A stretch of 41,685 nt of DNA from Chloroflexota bacterium (GTDB lineage: Bacteria; Chloroflexota; Dormibacteria; DASZGP01), in assembly GCA_034666445.1 (NCBI GenBank), contig JAXDLV010000068.1, forward strand, positions 1-41,685, given 5' to 3'. Position 1 is the first letter of the stretch; the number at the start of each line of letters is the position of its first letter. Both the position numbers and the translations under genes were made by a program. The notes below the pieces were generated by a model, which was not told the origin of the DNA, ran no database searches, and was given only the letters and a program-made list of their open reading frames with translations. Below, one piece after another: positions 1-7,920 of the stretch.

Positions 1-384
1 GAAGCCGAGGTCATCTTCTTTCCCAGCGCGGCGGACTTTGAGGCGTGGCTCGAGGCGAACGTAGCCCTGCACGCCGGTGTGTGGCTGAAGATCGCCAAGA
101 AGGGCTCGGGCGTTGCGTCCCTGACCGACAACGAGGCGGTCGACCTGGGCCTCTGCTTCGGCTGGATCTCCGGCCAGCGCAGGGCCCTCGATGCCTCCTA
201 CTACCTGCAGAAGTACGTCCCCCGACGGCGCGGCAGCATTTGGTCGAAGGTCAACGTCGCGAAGGTCGAGCAGCTGACCGCAGCCGGCCGCATGCGCCCC
301 TCCGGGATCGCGGAGGTCGAGGCGGCAAAGGCGGACGGCCGCTGGGCGGCGGCCTACAGCTCCCGCCGCACCCCCGCCTCCTGA
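1..384 (+). CDS. YdeI/OmpD-associated family protein (5' end outside window)
   Basis: Frame +1 is open from base 1. The translation EAEVIFFPSAADFEAWLEANVALHAGVWLKIAKKGSG...CFGWISGQRRALDASYYLQKYVPRRRGSIWSKVN...EAAKADGRW fits my memory of the YdeI/DUF1801-type family. The GTG at 79 used by the ORF track is probably internal. Confidence 0.7.
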   Translation, partial: EAEVIFFPSAADFEAWLEANVALHAGVWLKIAKKGSGVASLTDNEAVDLGLCFGWISGQRRALDASYYLQKYVPRRRGSIWSKVNVAKVEQLTAAGRMRPSGIAEVEAAKADGRWAAAYSSRRTPAS

Positions 385-422
385 CGCCGCCCGGACCTCG
401 CCCCGGGAGCGAATCCACCCGT

Positions 423-431
423 TGCTACAAT
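423..431 (+). promoter_or_regulatory. Extended -10-like element TGcTACAAT upstream of tRNA-Gly
   Basis: TG (423-424) + TACAAT (426-431) lies about 39 nt upstream of the tRNA 5' end, in the only AT-richer patch of the 385-469 spacer. There is no convincing -35. Confidence 0.3.
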
Positions 432-469
432 GTGTCGACCTCGCCGCCGGGACCGGCTGCGAGTCCCGC

Positions 470-544
<75 letters not shown>

Positions 545-563
545 GCCCCAGAGACGCCTCGCC

Positions 564-1754
564 CTAAGGCGACTCTGCGTACCGGGCCAGCACCTCGAGC
601 GTAGGGTCGCCGGGCTTGATCGCGTAGTCCTGCGCCGCGGGGGACTTGCACTTGTCGGCGGGGAGGCACCAGGCCCAGGCCAGCCAACCCACCACCGGCG
701 GGGAGTTGTCGAACGACGCCTTGAGCTTGCGGTCGAAGAGCTGCGCCCGGCAGGCCAGGGCTGAGCTGCAGGAGCCGCCCACGGCCTTCGTGGCCTCCTC
801 CTGGCTGATGCCCACCTCCCCCATGAATGTCGGCTTGCCGATGTCCCGGCATTCCGAGATGTGGGCCTTGTCGGGGTCGATCAGCGCGGTGGTCGAAAAC
901 CCGTAATCGTGGATCTCGCAGAGGTCCACGTACTCCGACCTGTGGACGTACTGGTAGTTGCTGGTCGCCCCGGCCGCCCTGGCCGCGGGGCCGGCGGGGC
1001 CGAGACCGCAGCTGGTGGTGTTCCCCATGCTGACCAGGTGGTTGTGGTCCAGCGCCTTGATCAGGCCGCCGACGTCGTCCGCGAACGCTCGCAGCGCCTC
1101 CGCCGCGGCGTCCTCCAGGCAGTAGGGCGCCGACAGGCTCCGCGGGTTGGCCTCGTTGATCATCTGCCAGGCGAGGATGGTGGGGTCGGAGGCGTAGCGC
1201 GCCACCACCTGGCCGACATACGTGCGATACGTCGATGACATCCCCGGGTCAACGACGGTCCGGTAGCCGCTGCGGTACCACTGGAGGTAGCGCTTGTCCT
1301 TACGGCTGCCATCGCATTCAGGGAGGTCGTTGCTGAGCGTGGCGATCACCCGCTCGCCGTGGTCGCGGGCCACCTGCAGGGTCTTGTCGAAGGCCGCCCA
1401 GCGATCATCGCCGATGCCGAGGGCCATCCCCTGGAAGAACCACGCGCGGAACACGTTCTGGCCGCCGCCGATCTTGTCGAGCGACTCGTTCAACAGCGGC
1501 GGGGCCTGGCCCCGGGGGCCCATGCTGTAGAAGCACGGCGGGGGGATGTCGCGATCGTTGGCGTTGAAGATGTTCAGGCCCTTGAAGCGGTACGGCTGGC
1601 CGCCGAGCGTGAGCGTGGTGCCCGTGCGGCGGATAAAGCCCTGGGCCTGGCTGGTGGGTGATGCCGTCGGCTGGCTCGGGAACAGGTCGCAGCCCGCCAG
1701 CAGCAGCGTGGCGCCGGCCAGTAGGAACGCGACGCGCCGTCGTTTGTTTCTCAG
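564..1754 (-). CDS. Glycoside hydrolase family 5 (mannanase/cellulase-like) lipoprotein
   Basis: ORF track 564..1523 has GH5-like motifs (acid/base region AWQMINEANP, nucleophile region KPTFMGEVG). The frame stays open upstream to a stop at 1844-1842. It encodes RNKRRRVAFLLAGATLLLAGC (signal peptide + lipobox) and FIRRTGTTLTLGGQPYRFKGLNIFNAN. No ATG/GTG/TTG precedes the signal peptide. The only candidate is CTG at 1754-1752 with AGGGG 8 nt upstream, so the 5' end is provisional. Confidence 0.75.
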   Translation of the reverse strand: MRNKRRRVAFLLAGATLLLAGCDLFPSQPTASPTSQAQGFIRRTGTTLTLGGQPYRFKGLNIFNANDRDIPPPCFYSMGPRGQAPPLLNESLDKIGGGQNVFRAWFFQGMALGIGDDRWAAFDKTLQVARDHGERVIATLSNDLPECDGSRKDKRYLQWYRSGYRTVVDPGMSSTYRTYVGQVVARYASDPTILAWQMINEANPRSLSAPYCLEDAAAEALRAFADDVGGLIKALDHNHLVSMGNTTSCGLGPAGPAARAAGATSNYQYVHRSEYVDLCEIHDYGFSTTALIDPDKAHISECRDIGKPTFMGEVGISQEEATKAVGGSCSSALACRAQLFDRKLKASFDNSPPVVGWLAWAWCLPADKCKSPAAQDYAIKPGDPTLEVLARYAESP

Positions 1755-1818
1755 AGCTCGGGCCCCTGGTGGTGGTTCGACGCGGGGATGGTACCCCGCC
1801 TCGATTAGATCGCCGTTG

Positions 1819-2817
1819 CTAGTACTTCGCCGGGATCCAGTTCAGCGACTCCTTGGGGGGTCGCTTGTAGCCCGGGTCCTCCTGGCGCTTGGGCAGCTTC
1901 AGCTTGGGGTACTCGACCTCCTGGTAGGGCACCAGCGAGAGCAGGTGATGAATGCAGTTGAGGCGCGCCCGCTTCTTGACGTCGGCGTCCACCTCCCACC
2001 ACGGCGACTCCGGGATCGATGTGTTCTCCATCATCACGTCCTTGGCCTTGGAGTACTCGATCCACCGGCTCCGGGACTCGAGGTCCATGGGCGACAGCTT
2101 CCAGCGCCGGGTGCGGTCGCGGAGGCGGTTCTTGAAGCGGCGCTCCTGCTCGTCGTCGCTGACGGAGAACCAGTACTTCACCAGCTGGATCCCGGAGCGG
2201 ATGATCATGCGCTCGAACTCGGGGGCGGAACGGATGAAGTCCCAGTACTCCTGGTCGCTGCAGAAGCCCATCACACGCTCGACACCGGCGCGGTTGTACC
2301 AGGAGCGGTCAAAGATCACCATCTCCCCGGCCGCGGGCAGGTGTTCGACGTAGCGCTGGAAGTACCACTGGGTCTTCTCCCGGTCGTTGGGCGCCGGCAG
2401 CGCGGTCACCCTGCAGAAGCGCGGGTTGAGGGGGTCGGCGATGCGCTTGATGGTGCCGCCCTTTCCGGCCGCGTCGCGGCCCTCCATCACCACCACCAGG
2501 CGGTGGCCGCTCTCGCGGACCCAGTCGAGCATCTTGACCAGCTCGAGTTGCAGCTTGGCCAGCTCCTCCTCGAACTCCTTGGTCTTCATCTTCTTGGGCG
2601 AGACCTCTTTCAGCTTCACCCGGGGCTCGACCCTGGCGGCCTTCTTGCCCCCGGCCCTGGCGCTGGGCTTGCTCGCCGGCTTGGCGGCGCCGTTGTCGGA
2701 CGCGGGCCGGGCGCGCCGGGTGACGGGCTTCTCGCCCAGGGCCGCCGCCGTCCGGCTCGTGCTTGTCCTGCCGTTACCGCTCGTCGCCTTCTTGGCCATG
2801 CTCACTCCCAAGTCCAC
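1819..2817 (-). CDS. ppk2: Polyphosphate kinase 2 (PPK2) family protein
   Basis: VVVMEGRDAAGKGGTIKRI (P-loop), FDRSWYNRAGVERVMGF, YWFSVSDDEQERRFKNR, WKLSPMDLESRSRW and a basic low-complexity N-terminal tail. This is the classic single-domain PPK2 pattern. Confidence 0.9.
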   Translation of the reverse strand: MDLGVSMAKKATSGNGRTSTSRTAAALGEKPVTRRARPASDNGAAKPASKPSARAGGKKAARVEPRVKLKEVSPKKMKTKEFEEELAKLQLELVKMLDWVRESGHRLVVVMEGRDAAGKGGTIKRIADPLNPRFCRVTALPAPNDREKTQWYFQRYVEHLPAAGEMVIFDRSWYNRAGVERVMGFCSDQEYWDFIRSAPEFERMIIRSGIQLVKYWFSVSDDEQERRFKNRLRDRTRRWKLSPMDLESRSRWIEYSKAKDVMMENTSIPESPWWEVDADVKKRARLNCIHHLLSLVPYQEVEYPKLKLPKRQEDPGYKRPPKESLNWIPAKY

Positions 2818-2860
2818 CCGTGGTCGAAGAGCCTCAGTCTAGTCGGCCCGTACCGGCCGG

Positions 2861-3766
2861 CTACAGCTTCGGCAGCTTCTGCTTGAGCTTCAGCACGGGG
2901 GCGAACAGGTCGCCATCGGCCTCCACCCGGGCGACCACCTCGTCGCCCGTGAAGGCGAGTGTCTCCAGCTCGCCATCGGCCATCGCCTCGACCTCGTGCC
3001 AGTGCACCGGCGCCGACACCGTCGGCTGCTCGCGGGCACGCATCGAGTACACGCAGACAGTGGTCTTGTGGTCATCGTTCTGGCTCCAGTCGACCAGCAC
3101 CTTGCCGTCGCGCAGCGACTTCTTCATCGACGACACCACCGCGGCCGGGTTGGCCGTCTCCAGCTGCTTCGCCACGGCCAGGGCGAACGGCTTGGTGTCC
3201 TCGTACGTCACCTTGGTGTTCAGCGGCACGTACACCTGGAGCCCCTTCGAACCCGACGTCTTGGGGAACGACTGCAGCTTGAGGTGGTCAAACAGCTCGC
3301 GCAGCGCCAGCCCCACCTGGCAGCACTGGCGTATCGCCGCCGGCGGCCCCGGGTCCAGGTCGAACACCATCATCGTGGGCGCCTGCGGGTCCTTCGCCAC
3401 GGAGAGGGAGGTGTGGAGCTCGATGCTGGCCATGTTGGCCACCCAGATCAGCGAGGGCAGGTCCTCCACGACGCAGTAGTCGATGCTGGCGTCGTTGCTG
3501 CGGCTCCACACGGAGGCGGTCTTGAACCACGGGGGCCGGTGCTTGGGGCAGTTCTTCTCGTAGAAGAACTGGCCGTCGACGCCGTTGGGATAGCGCTTGA
3601 GGGTGAGGGCGCGGCCCTTCATGTGCGGCAGCAGAGCGGGTGCGATCCGCGTGTAGTAGTCGATCACCTGCGCCTTGGTGAAGCGACTGGCGGGGTAGAA
3701 GACCTTGCCGAGGTTCGAGAGCCGGACCTGCCGACCACCGACCTCGACCTGTACGCTCTCGCTCAT
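2861..3766 (-). CDS. NHEJ LigD polymerase/primase domain protein (stand-alone PolDom)
   Basis: GRQVRLSNLGKVFYP, LTLKRYPNGVDGQFFYEKN, IWVANMASIELH, VFDLDPG, PKTSGSKGLQVYVPL. These match the AEP primase-polymerase domain of LigD. No ligase or Ku gene is in the window. Confidence 0.85.
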   Translation of the reverse strand: MSESVQVEVGGRQVRLSNLGKVFYPASRFTKAQVIDYYTRIAPALLPHMKGRALTLKRYPNGVDGQFFYEKNCPKHRPPWFKTASVWSRSNDASIDYCVVEDLPSLIWVANMASIELHTSLSVAKDPQAPTMMVFDLDPGPPAAIRQCCQVGLALRELFDHLKLQSFPKTSGSKGLQVYVPLNTKVTYEDTKPFALAVAKQLETANPAAVVSSMKKSLRDGKVLVDWSQNDDHKTTVCVYSMRAREQPTVSAPVHWHEVEAMADGELETLAFTGDEVVARVEADGDLFAPVLKLKQKLPKL

Positions 3767-3811
3767 CCCATCAAGATTGCCGGAAATTCCCGAGGGGGAG
3801 ACGCAGCACCT

Positions 3812-3831
3812 GTTTACAAATCGTTACAAAA
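3812..3831. promoter_or_regulatory. Tandem GTTTACAAA/GTTACAAA repeat in a divergent promoter region
   Basis: tGTTTACAAAtcGTTACAAAag: two copies with a 10-nt period, in the AT-richest patch of the 106-bp spacer between the LigD-PolDom start (3766) and the M23 peptidase start (3873). Confidence 0.25.
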
Positions 3832-3872
3832 GCCCGTGGCGCCTGCCGGGGGCAACCGTCAGATTGTCCCTG

Positions 3873-5234
3873 ATGCCTCGCATTCCGTCTCGCCGCGCCA
3901 TCGGCCCGGTGATCGCCCTGGTGGCGCTGCTGCCCGCAGCCGCCTCCGCGGCGGTGCCGTCGCCCTCGCCCAGTCCCTCCGCGGCCTCGCGCTGCCAGGT
4001 TCCCCAGGGAATGGAGAGCGACCCCGAGGAGCAGGTGCTCCTGGCCCAGTGCCTGAGCAACGCCAACCGGGTCGAGGACCAGAAGACCAAGCTCAACGAC
4101 AGCCTGTCGCTGGCGCAGGGATCCGCCATGAGCCTCCAGGACATGCTCGCCCAGACCCGGCAGGCGATCAAGGACAACCGCGCCGAGCAGGACAAGACCC
4201 GCGCCAGGATCCACGACCTGCAGGTGCAGGAGGCCCAGACGGCGCAGCAGATCACCGCCACCCAGCAGCGGCTCGAGCAGCGCCGGTCGGAGTACGCGGC
4301 GTTCGTCCGCCTCAGCTACAAGTACCAGCCGAACCTCTTCGAGTTCATCGTCCAGAGCCGGGGGATCAGCGATTTCCTTGACAAGGCCTCGGCCCTGACG
4401 CGGATGCGCGAGTACGGCGTCGACCTGCTGCGCAAGATCCACGACGAGGAGGACCGCCTCCAGGCCCAGCGCGACCAGCTGAACCACGACCACCAGGAGG
4501 CGCAGGCCAGGTCTGACGAGCTGGTCAAGGCGCAGCAGGACTTGATCGACAGCTCGGTCCGCGAGGCCGGCATCCTGGCCCAGCTGAACGCCTCCATATC
4601 CTCCGCCAAGAACGCGCTGGCCATGGCCGACGGGCAGTCCGCCGACCTGGTCGCCCGCATCGTCGCGCAGCAGATCGCGCGCCAGAACTACCTGATCCAG
4701 CAGGCCAACGACGCCGCCTGGGAGGCGGCCCGCGCCTGGATGGCCAGCAACAACGCGAGCTTTGTCAACTCGACCGGCCACACCACCAAGTACCCCTTCC
4801 TGTGGCCCGCGCAGAAGGGCACCATCAGCCAGTGGTTCGGCCCCACCGACTTCACGATGGAGCCCCCCGCGTTCGGCGCGGCGCACTTCCACGCCGGCAT
4901 CGACATCGCCTACAAGGCGGGCACGCCGGTGCTGGCCGCCGATGACGGCGTCGTGGTCGCCGCCGAGGACAGCAAGCTCAACGGCCAGCTGATCGGCTAC
5001 GGCAGGCACGTGATCATCGCCCACCGCAACGGCATGATGACCCTCTACGGCCACCTCGACGGCTACCCCGTCAAGGTCGGTGACCGCGTCCAGCAGGGCC
5101 AGATGATCGGCGTGATGGGCTCCACCGGCATGTCGACCGGCCCCCACCTCCACTTCGAGCTCAGGATCAACAACACCCCCACCGATCCCAAGCCGTACCT
5201 GCCTCCAAACGGGCCCAACGACTTCAGGGGCTGA
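3873..5234 (+). CDS. Coiled-coil M23/LytM family metallopeptidase (EnvC-like architecture)
   Basis: Signal peptide MPRIPSRRAIGPVIALVALLPAAASAA, a long Q/E/A/R-rich coiled coil, and a C-terminal LytM domain with HAGIDIA and GSTGMSTGPHLHFE. I moved the start from 3705 to ATG 3873, because the upstream part overlaps the PolDom gene and precedes the signal peptide. Confidence 0.85.
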   Translation: MPRIPSRRAIGPVIALVALLPAAASAAVPSPSPSPSAASRCQVPQGMESDPEEQVLLAQCLSNANRVEDQKTKLNDSLSLAQGSAMSLQDMLAQTRQAIKDNRAEQDKTRARIHDLQVQEAQTAQQITATQQRLEQRRSEYAAFVRLSYKYQPNLFEFIVQSRGISDFLDKASALTRMREYGVDLLRKIHDEEDRLQAQRDQLNHDHQEAQARSDELVKAQQDLIDSSVREAGILAQLNASISSAKNALAMADGQSADLVARIVAQQIARQNYLIQQANDAAWEAARAWMASNNASFVNSTGHTTKYPFLWPAQKGTISQWFGPTDFTMEPPAFGAAHFHAGIDIAYKAGTPVLAADDGVVVAAEDSKLNGQLIGYGRHVIIAHRNGMMTLYGHLDGYPVKVGDRVQQGQMIGVMGSTGMSTGPHLHFELRINNTPTDPKPYLPPNGPNDFRG

Positions 5235-5255
5235 TCCCCCACGGTACCGATTTTC

Positions 5256-5261
5256 GATACT
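5256..5261 (+). promoter_or_regulatory. -10-like GATACT, 5 nt upstream of ATG 5267 (possible leaderless mRNA)
   Basis: cGATACTTGGtcATG. The same GATACTTGG nonamer recurs at 17512-17520, again just upstream of an ATG. Confidence 0.25.
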
Positions 5262-5521
5262 TGGTCATGGCCTGGGTAGTGATGCGCCGGTTCCGGACCG
5301 GCGGCGAGGCCGCGAGCACCAAGTCCTTCAAGCACGAGAAGGACGCCATGGCGGCCGCCGACGAGTGGGCCAAGGAGGGCTGGGAGGTCGAGGTCGTCTC
5401 CGCCCACATGCGCGGCGGCCCGCGTAAGCTGCGCGTCCCCGACCCGGAGGCGGCCGACCGGCCGGACCAGCCCGGCGCGGAGGCAGGACCCGCCGGGGAG
5501 GTCTCCCCTAAATCGAAGTAG
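5261..5521 (+). CDS. Hypothetical small protein (start more likely ATG 5267)
   Basis: Third-codon positions are strongly G/C-biased, like the real genes here. There is no shadowing gene on the other strand and I recognise no family. Confidence 0.4.
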   Translation: MVMAWVVMRRFRTGGEAASTKSFKHEKDAMAAADEWAKEGWEVEVVSAHMRGGPRKLRVPDPEAADRPDQPGAEAGPAGEVSPKSK

Positions 5522-5547
5522 GGCAGCCGCCCTAAACTTCATCCACG

Positions 5548-6120
5548 ATGTGGCTGGCTCGGGCGGGCGCCCTCATCACGCTGGTGGTCGACGCCGGCTA
5601 CCTGCGGCTGCTGAATGAGCAGGGCGGCCCGGGCGAGGAGACCCTGCGAGTCCCCTTCGTCGCCGGCACGATAGCCGCCATGGCACTCCTGGCCCTCCTG
5701 GGTTCGCTCCGGCCGCTGGAGAGGCTCAGGCCCGTGCTCCTCGCTGTGAGCTTCGCCGGCCTGGCGGTGATGGGCGCCCTGGCGATCTTCTCCATCGGCC
5801 TGGCGCTCTTGCTGGCCGCGCTCCCGATCGGACTGGCCATGCTGCGCTCGACCTTACGGCCGAGCTGGGCACCGCACCTGTTGCAGGGCGCTGCCGGGAC
5901 CCTCCTGGGACTGGCCGTGGTTGTTGGCGGGTTCGAGGCCACCGAGATCCCAACATCCTGCCCGCCGCGCGGCAGCGGCGGGGGCGGCGGGTCAAGCCTG
6001 CTGTCCGGGCCCTACGTCTACACCTGCTCCAACGGGAAGCTGACGGTCAGCCACCCGGGCTGCAACGCCACCAGCACAAGCTTCGCCTCAGACGGCACGG
6101 TGACGACCACTTGCCAGTGA
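5548..6120 (+). CDS. Hypothetical integral membrane protein (about 4 TM) with a Cys-containing C-terminal tail
   Basis: Hydrophobic segments LITLVVDAGYL, IAAMALLALLG, VLLAVSFAGLAVMGALAIFSIGLALLLAALPIGLAML and LLGLAVVVGGF. The tail has 4 Cys and coding-like GC3. Confidence 0.5.
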   Translation: MWLARAGALITLVVDAGYLRLLNEQGGPGEETLRVPFVAGTIAAMALLALLGSLRPLERLRPVLLAVSFAGLAVMGALAIFSIGLALLLAALPIGLAMLRSTLRPSWAPHLLQGAAGTLLGLAVVVGGFEATEIPTSCPPRGSGGGGGSSLLSGPYVYTCSNGKLTVSHPGCNATSTSFASDGTVTTTCQ

Positions 6121-6130
6121 GCGCCGGTCG

Positions 6131-6622
6131 CTACATGGCCGCCGGGATCGTTGTCGTGGCGACGTGCCAGACGCCGCCGACGCCCTCACCGGTCGTCTGG
6201 CTGGGGCCAGTGTCCCTGGCGTAGAGGTACAGCGGGTGGCCGTTGTACTCGACCTGGCGCCCGTTGCCACTCTCCACGACGGTCAGGGTGCCCGTGACCC
6301 CGGTGCCCGCGGTGGGGTTACCGGTGGCCTGCAGGATCGGCGGCCACACGGCCGCGCACGCGCCCGTGCAGCCGGCGACGGCGGAGGTGTCGTTGGTCCG
6401 GTAGTACAGGGTGTAGCCACGGCCGTCGGTGAGCACGATCACCGAGGCGCCCGCCACCGTGACGGGGGCGGAATTGATGACCGCGGCCGCGGCGGCGCTG
6501 GGGCTGGCGGCGGCGGAGGCCGCCGGGCTGGTGTCGCCGGACGTGGTCGTCGACGACCCGCAGGCCGCGAACGTCGCGGTCATCAGGGTGGCGATGAGCA
6601 ATGGGCGCGTGAGTTTCATCAT
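6131..6622 (-). CDS. Lipoprotein with two 'secreted repeat of unknown function' repeats (COG4315/PF03640-like)
   Basis: MMKLTRPLLIATLMTATFAACGSS (lipobox). Repeats are GYTLYYRTNDTSAVAGCTGACAAVWPP and GHPLYLYARDTGPSQTTGEGVGGVWHV. A strong AAGGAGGA Shine-Dalgarno sits just upstream of the ATG. Confidence 0.75.
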   Translation of the reverse strand: MMKLTRPLLIATLMTATFAACGSSTTTSGDTSPAASAAASPSAAAAAVINSAPVTVAGASVIVLTDGRGYTLYYRTNDTSAVAGCTGACAAVWPPILQATGNPTAGTGVTGTLTVVESGNGRQVEYNGHPLYLYARDTGPSQTTGEGVGGVWHVATTTIPAAM

Positions 6623-6675
6623 CCTCCTTGGTCTTTGGTTGACCGCTGCTGCCAGTCAGTACGCGTCGAGGTTAC

Positions 6676-7920
6676 TCAGGCGGCCGCGGACGGCGCGGAT
6701 GCAGCGCCGACGCGACGCTCGAGGCGGGCCTCGCGCCGCGTGAGGTCCTCCAGGCAGCGCTCGTCGAGGCCGGAGCGGACGTATGTCGCCTCCAGCGCGG
6801 CGCGCGCGGCGGAAGTGACCTCGAGGGCGGCCGAACGGTCCCGTCGCCGGTGCTCGAGGTCCTTGGCCAGCATGATCGCCGCCTGCCATGGCGCGGGGTG
6901 GGCCCGGAGGATCGACTCCAGGACCGGCTCGGCGGCGGCGTGCTCGCCGCGGCGGCGGCGCGCTGACGCGAGCCGCAGGCCGAGGACGTACCCCAGCTCG
7001 ACGGGGGTCCAGCTGCCAGGCCAGACGTCGCCGTCCCAGCCGCCGTCGGCCTCCAGCCACAGCCCCTCGTAGAGGGCGAGCGCGCGGTCGGCCTGGCCCG
7101 CCGCCTCCAGCAGGCGCGCCGCGCCGAAGCGGTCGAGGGGGTGCGCCCCTCCCCCGTCCTCCAGCAGCTCCAGCAGGTGGTCCAGGAGCAAGCTCAGGGA
7201 CACCACGTCTTGCCGGTTGTGGGCGATCACCTCCCGCAGCACGCCCGGGTCACCGGTCCGCAGGTAGGCGAAGTAGGTCTCGGGGATCAGGAAACCGGGG
7301 ATGTCGTCGCCGCGGTCACGGCCCAGCACCATCGACTCCACCACCGGGAGGTTGCACTGGCCGAGCCGCGCCTTGAACACCCGGCGCACCGGGTGGAGCA
7401 GGTCGAGGTGGGGCAGGCGCAGGCAGTCGGGGGATCGCCGGGACAGCAGCAGGCGGCCCTCGAGCACGGGGCTGTCGAAGGTGCGGCCGTTGTAGCTGAC
7501 CAGCGCGCAGCTGGCGCCGAGGTCGTCGGTCACCGCCTGGAGGAAGCCGCCCTCGTATGCCGGGTCGGGAAGGATGTACTGCCGCAGCAGCAGGCCCCCG
7601 GCGTCGCGGTGGGCGGTGGCCAGCAGGAAGACCTGGTTGCCGACGCCGCCGGAGAGCCCGGTCGTCTCGGTGTCCCAGAAGCAGAGACCACCGTCGTGCA
7701 GGGGGGCGTCGCCCAGCCCGGCGACCAGCGCCGACCCCGCGAGCCCCGGCCGGGACGGCGGCATCGGCCACACCTCTTCGAGGACCACGTAGCGGCCGCC
7801 CGCGTTCTCGCGCACCTCGGCGGAGAGCTCCGATGCAAGGCGCTCAAGGTCGGCGTCGCGGCGGGGGGCCCGGGCCGACGGCTGCCGGCCCAGGCGCTCA
7901 AGCCGGTCCCGCAGCAGCAA
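6676..7920 (-). CDS. mrfB: RNase-H-fold DEDDh exonuclease, YprB/MrfB-like, with helical-repeat C-terminal domain
   Basis: CFWDTETTGL, VSYNGRTFDSPVL and IAHNRQDVVSL (Exo I/II/III-like motifs), directly downstream of the DUF1998 helicase. Start set at TTG 7920, with GGAGG (7931-7927) 6 nt upstream. The track start at 8040 would overlap the helicase by 143 nt. Confidence 0.7.
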   Translation of the reverse strand: MLLRDRLERLGRQPSARAPRRDADLERLASELSAEVRENAGGRYVVLEEVWPMPPSRPGLAGSALVAGLGDAPLHDGGLCFWDTETTGLSGGVGNQVFLLATAHRDAGGLLLRQYILPDPAYEGGFLQAVTDDLGASCALVSYNGRTFDSPVLEGRLLLSRRSPDCLRLPHLDLLHPVRRVFKARLGQCNLPVVESMVLGRDRGDDIPGFLIPETYFAYLRTGDPGVLREVIAHNRQDVVSLSLLLDHLLELLEDGGGAHPLDRFGAARLLEAAGQADRALALYEGLWLEADGGWDGDVWPGSWTPVELGYVLGLRLASARRRRGEHAAAEPVLESILRAHPAPWQAAIMLAKDLEHRRRDRSAALEVTSAARAALEATYVRSGLDERCLEDLTRREARLERRVGAASAPSAAA

